IMG/VR virus record: IMGVR_UViG_2841260384_000002 | DNA: 19,425 nucleotides | Reading direction: 5' to 3' (one strand) | From: an uncultured virus (IMG/VR IMGVR_UViG_2841260384_000002) | Taxonomy: Duplodnaviria; Heunggongvirae; Uroviricota; Caudoviricetes | Shown: in pieces, positions 7,473-16,270 of the stretch | Position numbering within the stretch: position 1 is the stretch's first letter | How the letters are laid out: the number at the start of each line of letters is the position of its first letter | Program-made: the position numbers and the translations under genes | The notes under the pieces: generated by a model | Told to the model about the DNA's origin: nothing | The model's input: the letters and a program-made list of their open reading frames with translations, nothing else | The model's database searches: none

Positions 7473-10400
7473 ACTGGACGCCTCCCCAGTTTTACAGCCC
7501 ATCGTTTGCTTTCGTCAAACACAGCCACTCCAGTGTTATCAACCAGTAATTGTCCATCATCACTAACGATTCTAAAGTTTCCGCTAATAAGAATATTGTG
7601 ACACTCAATTTCGCCCGTTTTAGCGTCAATATTAAAACCAACTTTACCAGGAACGTAANNNNNNNNNNNNNNNNNNNNNNNNNNNNNNNNNNNNNNNNNN
7701 NNNNNNNNNNNNNNNNNNNNNNNNNNNNNNNNNNNNNNNNNNNNNNNNNNNNNNNNNNNNNNNNNNNNNNNNNNNNNNNNNNNNNNNNNNNNNNNNNNNN
7801 NNNNNNNNNNNNNNNNNNNNNNNNNNNNNNNNNNNNNNNNNNNNNNNNNNNNNNNNNNNNNNNNNNNNNNNNNNNNNNNNNNNNNNNNNNNNNNNNNNNN
7901 NNNNNNNNNNNNNNNNNNNNNNNNNNNNNNNNNNNNNNNNNNNNNNNTTCGCCTTGCTTGAATTCAGCTTGCATCTTGGTATTGATTAACGCTTCCTGGT
8001 CTTTAAATTTTACTTGCAGCTGGGTTTGCGACTCTGCAAATGCGCCATCTAATTTCGCAACAGCCTTATCTAGCGTGGCAACCTCAGATTTCACGCCGTT
8101 AATGGAGGCATTGACCGTCGTGTACTTCTCAGCCCAAGCCAGTTCACTGTCCGCATACACACGCCATAGCTCTTTAATTTGAGCTTGCGACTGTCCATGC
8201 TTAACGAATAAATCCTCTTGAAGCTCATAGGTCGCAGCCATGTTGATTAGGCATGCCTCATTAAGCCAGTCGAGTGTTTTATCAAGCTGCTTACCCGCTT
8301 CGGCAGTCATAAAATGCTCATCAAGTTCTGGCATGATAGTATTCACGTCAAACTCAGACTCTCCACGAACAAATGAGGTCCATTCAGATTCATTGCCTGA
8401 TTTATCCACCAGCCTCGCTCGAAAGTAAAAAGCAATACCAGCAGCTAAACCTGCTAACTCATGAGAACGCGAGGGGTAAGGAACATCAGCAAGCAACATA
8501 AGCCCATTACCATCATTGGTTTTGCTGTACTGAATCTCAGTCTTTAACGTGTCGCTAGTGTTTTCACCAAAGCCCCAATCAAGCTTAATGCCGAACACGA
8601 GCGGAGAAGCTCTAAAATTCACAGGCTTAGGTGGGTTCCCTACCTTTCCGGTCAGTGTTGTTTCTGGCGCATTCGCCCAAATGCTGGAAATTTCAGACGC
8701 ATTAACCGCTCGAACTCGCACTTGATATCGACCAGAATAAACGCCCTCAATATCAAACCCCAGTGATGATGTCCTTGGTGCATTGACCCAGTTCCCGTTA
8801 TCACGACGCCATTGCGCTTCATAAGCAATCGCATTTTCAGCCGCGTCCCAACTGACACTGAGCGTAGTCAACGCCATGCCTTGGTCAACTCTTGAGTAAG
8901 ACGTGATTTCGACCTTTTTCGGTGCAGGCTGAACGCGAGGCGGAATAACCGTTACGGGACGTTCGTCAATGCGAGCACCTGAATCGATATGGTCATAATG
9001 GTCAGGATTATGGATAGCACCGCTAATGGTGTAAGTGTTATCGCCGTTATCGCTGATATTAATCACTCGATATAGCTGGACCGCTAAGTCATCAGAATCT
9101 ACGACCCATACAGCCTCTTTTTGCGGTACCTGCGAGTATTCGACAGAAACCGTGACCACTTTCTTGTTTACCGAAGTAACAGTACGCCCTTCTGATTTTC
9201 CATCAGGCAGGTTGATGATCAGGCGGTCACCCGCTTTAATTGACGTGACTCTATCAAGAGTAATGTTTCGCCCATTCGCTGAGGAGATACGTCCCCCGGT
9301 GTCACTCCCCGCCAAGTTCGAATCAGCTACGGCAATGATATGACCAGGAGAAGGGATCGCCCCTTCTAGCCCAGTAGCAAAGGTGATCATGCGGTCATTC
9401 GCATTCGTGAGTAATGCCCAACGCCCGCGACGATTTGCTTCACTTTGTCGAGTGCAACCAATCGCAGAAAGCTCGACTTTACGCACCATTTTATAGCGGC
9501 GCTGTAAGTTTAAATCTGATACCGCCTCGACTTCATCATTACTGTGGTTATTCATATTGCTATATGAAACTAGCGCTTGCGTATATCTTGTTTGGGAGCT
9601 ACCACCTGAATAGGTTGGTTTTCCTCCGACAATATTGGCATTGGTGAACGTACGGAAGATACTGGATGGCATGTCTGCAACCGCATTCACTTTATTATCA
9701 GCCCAGAAGGTCATGCCACGGAATATCGCCGCAATGTCACGCAGTACGGTGTAGGCTGATTCTTGTGATTGAATATATACATCACACAAAAAACGCGGCT
9801 CTTTGCCATCACCGCCTCGTCCATCCGGTACCAATTCATCACAATATTGTGCGATCTTATACAAGTCCCACTTTTCAATCTGAGAAGGCTTTATTCGGTC
9901 ACCACAACCATAACGATTATTGAGCACTAAATCATAAAATACCCAAGCCGGGTTATTTGTTGCTGCCAGTTTAAAGGTACCGTCCCATACCCCTGAATAG
10001 GTCCGATTAATCGGGTCATAATTCGTGGGCACTTTGATAAGCAAGCCACCTTTTGAGCGGACGCTAATCTTGGGGATCCGGTTATTGAATTGACGCGCAT
10101 TGAACGTCACAAACAGAAGCGCGGTATTGGGATAACGCAACTTTGCATCAATCACCTCAGTCACGGCCGCAATCGTCACTTTATCGGCAATACGGGCGGT
10201 ATTCTGATTCTTAGTGAGCCGGCGAACACGCAATTGCCAACCTGTAGTGGCTTTGGGTAAATCGACACGATGGGTACGCTGATATTCACTTGTCGTTTTT
10301 CCATCGAATGCAGACTTAACCAGCTCTTTATATCCAGCCCCATCCGTGGATAAATCAATAGCGTAATCAATACGGTAGCCTGTCGTGTCGCCATTGTCAT

Positions 10401-10788
10401 GCTGGTGCATTAATTGCGGTACCGAAAAGCGAACACGAATAGCGGATAACTGAGTATTATTAATTGTTCTGACGTACGGCTGATCGTCTTTCAGTTCCAT
10501 CCCGACGGCAATATCATTATCCACGGAGGGAATGCCTTGAATGTATTCTTGTTGTTCACTGCCAGATCTAAACTCCCACGTCACACCCTCAAAATTTTTG
10601 GTACCGTCTAAGTTACCAATCGGTGTATCGTCGAGGAAAATACGGGTATCATCCAAACCACCGGCTATTTCACCCTCCGAAATCGCTAACAGAATTTTTG
10701 CGGTAGATTCGGATAGCAAACTGTCTTTTGATTCGACTGGCGTATGTCCGCCACCACCACCGCCTTTGGCGCCGTATATCGTTTCCAT
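7469..10788 (-). CDS. Tail tip / host specificity protein (lambda gpJ-like central fibre), interrupted by an N gap
   Basis: GAKGGGG..HTPVE..D.L.S, LLAISEGEI, YPNTAL, W.G.FK.A.TNNPAWV.YD, EPRF.C motifs; FN3-like repeats; coiled coil. The true post-gap frame is YVPGKVGFNIDAKTGEIEC...VKLGRRPV*, ending at 7469. Confidence 0.93.
7659..7947. other. Assembly gap / masked stretch of 289 N inside J
   Basis: Run of n in the sequence. Confidence 0.99.
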
Positions 10789-10799
10789 ATTTCACCCAT

Positions 10800-10823
10800 A
10801 AAAAAAGCGGCAATTAAGCCGCT
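10800..10823 (-). terminator. Rho-independent terminator-like hairpin between I and J
   Basis: Minus strand AGCGGC-TTAATT-GCCGCT followed by a T run. Confidence 0.7.
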
Positions 10824-10844
10824 CGTGTTAACGTGTTCGTTTTG

Positions 10845-11447
10845 CTATTTCTGATCTTCGGTATAAATCCCCGCTGAAATAATCGCGCCGCCAACTTCTC
10901 GACGGTCTAGCCCATATAAAAGCGGTACCGGATTACCTTGCGCTGTCGTATTCACGGCGCCACCAAAGGCATAAGAAGGTTTATTGTCTGCATCTTGTCG
11001 CATCGATAAACCACTAGGCTGAGGTGAGAGCATTTGTATAACACCACCCAGCGCCATTGCAGCACCGGTCATCGCAGCAGTGCCAGCCCATCCACCCGCA
11101 GTAAATGCAGCCCCTAAGCCACCAGTGAAATATGTTGCCGCCGCAATTAAAGCAACACCAATCACAGTCTGGAAGAAACCACCCCGCTTACTGCCTTTGA
11201 TTACCGGAGCAATGCGAATTTCTTCTCTTGTATCAAGATGCAATTCATCTTCAGTAATATTGCGTTGACCTTTGAAAATAGCAAATTCCAGCCCTCTCAG
11301 ATGCGCATTGGCAAGGAATTGCTCGAATCCATCATAGAGTACCGATAACGCTTTAATCGCTTCACGGGGAGAATCGATAGCAAGCCGATGTTCGCGACCA
11401 AATTGGGTACCCAAAACACCATAGAGCCGTATTGTTTTTAAACTCAT
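10845..11447 (-). CDS. Tail assembly protein I (lambda gpI-like)
   Basis: IRLYG.LG..FGR, IRIAPVI.GSK.GG.FQ, Gly/Ala hydrophobic segment, SYAFGGAVNTTAQGNPVPLLYG. Confidence 0.93.
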   Translation of the reverse strand: MSLKTIRLYGVLGTQFGREHRLAIDSPREAIKALSVLYDGFEQFLANAHLRGLEFAIFKGQRNITEDELHLDTREEIRIAPVIKGSKRGGFFQTVIGVALIAAATYFTGGLGAAFTAGGWAGTAAMTGAAMALGGVIQMLSPQPSGLSMRQDADNKPSYAFGGAVNTTAQGNPVPLLYGLDRREVGGAIISAGIYTEDQK

Positions 11448-12154
11448 GCCAGCTCCTTGCGTCGTACTATCTTGACCGTTCTATCGCGCCAATAGTCGCT
11501 GTAAGGAACAATGCGACTTAGCTGCCCGTAAAGATGGTGTAGAAGCATGCCATTCACTATCACACCGGCATGATTAGGGACATTTGCTTGCACTTGCATC
11601 ATGACCATATCACCGTCTTTTATGTCACCAGAAAACTCAACAAACCCTTCTTGCTGCCAGTTATCCATATACAAATTTTCACCACACTCCCACCAGTGAT
11701 GATCGACGCTGTAGTTATGCAGATCAATACCGTGTGCCTGTCTGTAGTAATCCATAATGAGTGACCAGCAATCAGCATGACCTAACACAAATGGGCGCCC
11801 TTCTAATTCACGTTCTGCGCGAGGATGAATAGTTCGAATGTCACCTTCTGGCCATGATGCTATTACCCACGGCAACCCCGTCGCATCACACTGCAACTTA
11901 TCTATTTCACTAGGTTGAGACGTCACCCCATCCCCGCAATGACTATGCACAATCGCTATTGGATCGCCCCAATCTTCAGCAGTGGCATAATCTTCCGGGG
12001 AAAGTTCAAAGTGTTCAGTAGGATTATCTGAGAGGTTACGGCAAGGAAAGTATTTTTTGACTCGGCTTTTTTGGCAAATCACGCCACACACTTCTTTGGG
12101 ATATTCCGCTTTTACATGCTGAAATATCACCTCCGTTAATTTCTTTGTGATCAT
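11444..12154 (-). CDS. Tail assembly protein K (JAB/MPN + NlpC/P60, lambda gpK-like)
   Basis: YPKEVCG, IVHSH...PSE.D (JAMM motif); GRPFVLG..DCW and NHAG...LHH (NlpC/P60). Confidence 0.94.
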   Translation of the reverse strand: MITKKLTEVIFQHVKAEYPKEVCGVICQKSRVKKYFPCRNLSDNPTEHFELSPEDYATAEDWGDPIAIVHSHCGDGVTSQPSEIDKLQCDATGLPWVIASWPEGDIRTIHPRAERELEGRPFVLGHADCWSLIMDYYRQAHGIDLHNYSVDHHWWECGENLYMDNWQQEGFVEFSGDIKDGDMVMMQVQANVPNHAGVIVNGMLLHHLYGQLSRIVPYSDYWRDRTVKIVRRKELA

Positions 12155-12894
12155 CGTATTAACCCCGCTGCAGGGAACCCTCCAAAATCCAAAGGCTCAT
12201 TCTCACCAAAGCGTTTTTTACAGTCGCTAATTAGCCCGCCGCATTTATCTAATGCCGGATCATCAACCGGCTCACCACGCTCATCGAAATATTTATTGCC
12301 CGTATAATTGCAACCTCGCCCGCTTCGATAATCACCTTTCATGCACCAGGAGCAGAGGTTATGGATTTGTCGAGCGGGGATCATGACTCCCTGCAAATCA
12401 AACGGGCTAGATAACTCGAACTCAACCACTTCGCCTGCCACTTCATTGCTTTTACTATCAATGTAATAAACTTGCGTAAAGCACTCTTCAGGGTTAGCCG
12501 TAGGGTTTCCATCAGGAAAATTTTTAGCGTCAAGATAATGAGCGAAGGTTTCATAAATCGTGACTTTTGCCAGCGCCATATCATCAAACTGCAAACATAA
12601 TGATGAAATAACACTATTGACGTTTGAAACTCTAAATTTCGGTCTAGCTTGCGCACCGTCACTGTTTTTGGACATTCCTTCAATTTGATAAGGGTACGCC
12701 CCATATTCATTGCCTTGCCACCAGATAGAACGCGGGGCAAGTTCATCACCTGCCCCCTTAAGCTCTTTTTCGGTATAACGTAAGTTATAGGCATGAAAGC
12801 GCAGAATCGGACCATCAAACGCACTGGCATCCACTTCAACTAACTGTATTCGACTTCCCGGCTCCAGCATTTGAACGTCTGCAGTTATTTTCAT
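12151..12894 (-). CDS. Minor tail protein L (lambda gpL-like)
   Basis: IWWQGNEY, FELSSP.D, and C-terminal Cys cluster C.W....YRSG.GC.Y.G...D.C.G..SDCKKRFG....FGGFP. Confidence 0.94.
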   Translation of the reverse strand: MKITADVQMLEPGSRIQLVEVDASAFDGPILRFHAYNLRYTEKELKGAGDELAPRSIWWQGNEYGAYPYQIEGMSKNSDGAQARPKFRVSNVNSVISSLCLQFDDMALAKVTIYETFAHYLDAKNFPDGNPTANPEECFTQVYYIDSKSNEVAGEVVEFELSSPFDLQGVMIPARQIHNLCSWCMKGDYRSGRGCNYTGNKYFDERGEPVDDPALDKCGGLISDCKKRFGENEPLDFGGFPAAGLIR

Positions 12895-13226
12895 GAGCTA
12901 AATGCCTCAATAAATGTCGTCATTAATGAATATTTACCGCCACCCAGCGCACTAGGCTTGTATTGTTCACATCGAAATAGCCCTTGTGGTCGGAGTGGTG
13001 GCTTCCAAATAAAAGACTTATACCCACTGTGGCGATCAAAAAAGGCAACAATCTGTTCGATCATTGCCTCTTCACCCACAAACTCAAGTTGCCAACTATC
13101 AGAGCGGTTGTTTAACCCATCGCCCGCAGTTTGTGTATATCCATCACCGAACTGGGCTTTTTTGACTCTGAATGTTGTATCACTTTGCGCATTAATACGG
13201 GGACACCAAGTGAACGTTTCTATCAT
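12891..13226 (-). CDS. Minor tail protein M (distal tail, lambda gpM-like)
   Basis: ETFTW.P, AQFGDGYTQ..GDGLN and FFDRH.GYKSF.W.PP motifs. Confidence 0.94.
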   Translation of the reverse strand: MIETFTWCPRINAQSDTTFRVKKAQFGDGYTQTAGDGLNNRSDSWQLEFVGEEAMIEQIVAFFDRHSGYKSFIWKPPLRPQGLFRCEQYKPSALGGGKYSLMTTFIEAFSS

Positions 13227-13231
13227 ACAGT

Positions 13232-15713
13232 TTACCTTCTTCTGTTAATTAGCTGCCAAAGCGGCGTTCCCTCTCTCGATGCCTGCTCATTGACGGTATT
13301 AACAATTTCGTTTTTGAGTTGCTGCTTAGCACCACTCACGTCACCTATTGGCTGCTGCTCTTTAGATCCATCGCTGATCAGGTTGATATCGCCAACATCG
13401 ATATTGATAGCATTATTAGATGTGATTGCTGTTGTGCCATTTTGAACATTTTCCAAGCCAAGAACGCGTACGCCTAATGAACCATCAGAGCCTCGGGTTA
13501 AAGGCATGATTGCTTCAGGCCCCGCTTCTCCCATCAAACCAGCACCTTTTGCGAAAGCAAACATAGTTGGCGAGTTAACAATTTGTCCACTGTAAGAGCT
13601 CAAGCTAGGTGAATCATAAACACCCCCTTTCGCATTCGGGACAATGGAGCTCATTAAGCTTCCGAATCCCCCGCCGAAATAACTCCCCGCCGCTTTCATT
13701 GATTGAACAAGCGCCATATTAATAAGGACCTTATCAATACTTTTCAGGACGTCGATTGCCCAGCTTTTCCAATCGGCTTTATTGCCAACCAACATGTCGG
13801 AAATATTATTCACCATCCCTGACATTGCCGATTGTGTTGCGCTTGCCGCCTGTCCTGCGTAGTTGCTAGCATCATCAACCCAGTTTTCCAAACCAGCTTT
13901 AACGCCAGAACGCCAGTCAGTTTCAGCAAGAACGGCTTCCTTGTATTTTTTATTCAGTGCATCCAAGGCATTTTGCCGAGCTAATAAAGCCTCGGTACCG
14001 CCATCCGTTTTACTGAATACCCGCTCAACTTGCTGGCGCTCCTCTTCGAGACTGCGGCGACGATTGCCCATACCCACAGTACTTCTCGCTAAAGCGGCAT
14101 CATCGTTATATTTGCGTGTTGCGTCCTTCAGTTCTTTCAATGCATCCGTCATTTCACGCTGCTTACGCACGGCTTCATCGGCTTTTTGCGTCCATTCCGC
14201 CAGCTCAACTGCAGATGATTGAATGGATTTTCGCTGTTCATCCGTCCACTTAGATCCGGTTTCATGCGCAGCGGCATAAAGTGCCGCAGCTTTTTCACCC
14301 TGCAAGGCACGAACACGCTGGACTTCAGTCGCAACCGTCAGGTCGGCCATTTTATCTTTGTATCGTTCAGTGACGCGGTCGGCTTCTTTTGTCAACGCGG
14401 CACCAGTCTTGAGGGATTTATTCATCCGCTCACGCTCATCAAAAGCTTTCAGCCTATTATTTATATAGTGCTCACGATGGGTTTTATATTCATCTCCAGT
14501 AAATCCAGCTTTATCTAACTCCCACTCACTACGCTGCTTAACTTGATTACGCTGACTCATGCTAGATAGCTGACGCTCACGTTCTGCATTAAGCATCATT
14601 TCCTTTTGCTCATCATTAAGCGATGCAGGAAGTGAACCTGTCGACATTGGCGCTTGCGCTAACAACTGCCTATTTGACAGTAGGTTATTACCTATTGAAA
14701 GTATCCGGTTAAATTCCGACTCTTTGGCTATTTCTTGCCCTAATAAAGCTAACTTACTATTAGTTAAGTTATTTCTATGCTCATTCAGCCTATTGGAAAC
14801 AGAAACTGTATTTTGCTGAGTTTGCTGCATATTTAACAAGCGCTGCTCTTCAGCTTTTAATTGCTTTGTTAATTCAATAGCTAAAGATAGTTGTAATTGT
14901 TGTTGTTCGCTGGTGAATGTGTCATTTTCTGAATTTTTATAATGCCTCTCTATTAGATTTTTATAGTTTTGAATTTTATTCAGTTGATCTTCTATGCTTC
15001 TTGTTTGAGCCTTGATCGAGTCATCAGCTTTTTTTGCCTCATCAGAGACTTCCACTAATGACATACTTTTTGTTCTAGCTGCTATATCATCTAATGCATT
15101 AGCATACTCAACCGCTGATTGATGCGCCGCTTCTTGCTGTTGCTTGACTGCATACCATGCACCAGCGCCCAGCATAATTACACCGGGCAACCCGCCAACC
15201 AGAGACAGCAAGCTTTTAGCGCCAGAAATTACCGCACCACCAGCCATACGAAATCCATTCAGCGCTTTTCGTGATGCAAGCAATCTTTCGTTAGTTACAA
15301 TCTCTTGATTGCTTAGAGCGACTAGTGCCTTGGTATTTTTCTCTAGCTGTCTATCAAGTATTAGTCGTTCCTTGTCCGTTGCTGCTACCATCTTTTTAGT
15401 CACTAATGATTGACGAGTATCGAGAAGCAACTGCCTCTCATCTTTGATTCGCATCTGAGTGACTTCAAGAGTTCTCACCTGCTCCTTGTTATAATTAAGT
15501 TGTGATAAGTATCCATTAACAGTTTCTTTAGCTAGATTTTTAGTGTTAATAGAAAGATTTCCGAGATATCGAGAAAGTCCAATTCCAATAAGTGCATATC
15601 CAGCAAGAGCAACCTTATCAAAATTATCTCCCAAAAAAGCTAATTGAGCGGACATAGTGCGTGTTATCCCCATGCTGCTATTTAGCTCACCAAAGTAAGA
15701 TTTTGCTGAGTTT
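13232..15713 (-). pseudogene. Tape measure protein, C-terminal fragment (split by the inversion)
   Basis: Long helical ORF with lambda-type TMP C-terminus (DWRSGVKAGLENW, NAKGGVY, FAKGAGLMGEAGPEAIMPL.R..DGSLGV). Frame is open back to the junction (NSAKSYFGELNSSMGIT). Confidence 0.92.
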
Positions 15714-16208
15714 CCGGATTCTATTCCTAACCGTAACTCGGTCTGTGTATTTATTCGACCTGAAAATACAAGTCAAACAATACGCTATGACAGACCGAAT
15801 AACCGGATAATTTCGCTAGAGTCTGGCTGGGTATATGTTGTGATATTTGCGTCCGGGTTAAATCTTCAACCTTCCGATGGGCTAACGATTTGGAACCGAG
15901 AGGGCAAGGTAGTCTTCAACTCCGAGTACACACCGTTTTATAACAATGGGCAGATAGTTAACACGAGCAATAATGTTGCCACCAGTAAATTTGATGTCCC
16001 GATGTTTACGATGGATAGCCCTAATACATGGCTGGAGAATGAGGGGAATACCGTTAACTGCTACATGTCTGGATTTAGGGTGTCAGGGAAACAGCTTATA
16101 GCGAAAAGGATGTGGACCATCGGTGATTACCCCACGTATGCCAACTACATGTACAACAAGATAGTGTATGCCGGCAGCTATGCCATAGACTTCAACGACT
16201 ACTTCTAA
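15714..16208 (+). pseudogene. Post-J tail tip accessory protein, C-terminal 164 codons (split by the inversion)
   Basis: Open frame from 15714 (PDSIPNRNSVCVFIRP...VYVVIFASG...GLTIWNREGKVVFNSEYTPF...DFNDYF*), the same frame as the listed 15840 ORF. Confidence 0.85.
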
Positions 16209-16224
16209 AACTCAATTCAACGAT

Positions 16225-16248
16225 AAGCCGCTTAATTGCGGTTTTTTT
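16225..16248 (+). terminator. Rho-independent terminator-like hairpin before the tail fibre gene
   Basis: AGCCGC-TTAATT-GCGGTT followed by a T run. Confidence 0.7.
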
Positions 16249-16270
16249 GCGTCAAAATTTTGGAGTTAAT

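Larger units (their letters stand above)
6951..15713. other. Inverted segment (8763 bp) relative to the late operon
   Basis: All genes inside are on the minus strand in reversed order. Re-inversion gives GTA GCA AAC TCA GCA AAA (VANSAK, TMP) and TGG AGT GTT CCG GAT TCT (WSVPDS, post-J gene). Ends are ambiguous by 2 bp (AA 6951-6952 / TT 15712-15713). Confidence 0.95.

Noticed and set aside
7550..14518. Many plus-strand ORFs inside the inverted segment (e.g. 7550-8182, 9035-9343, 12871-13248, 13863-14222)
   Set aside because: They are antisense shadows of well-supported tail genes with no recognisable motifs.
6951..15713. Classical Gin/Cin/Min tail-fibre invertible cassette or shufflon
   Set aside because: There are no gix/cix-like 26-bp inverted sites, no invertase in the window and no alternative fibre ends. 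The inversion breaks genes rather than swapping C-termini.
15840..16208. Stand-alone 122-aa gene starting at GTG 15840
   Set aside because: The frame is open back to the junction at 15714 and joins the 7472-6951 fragment; it is half of a split gene.
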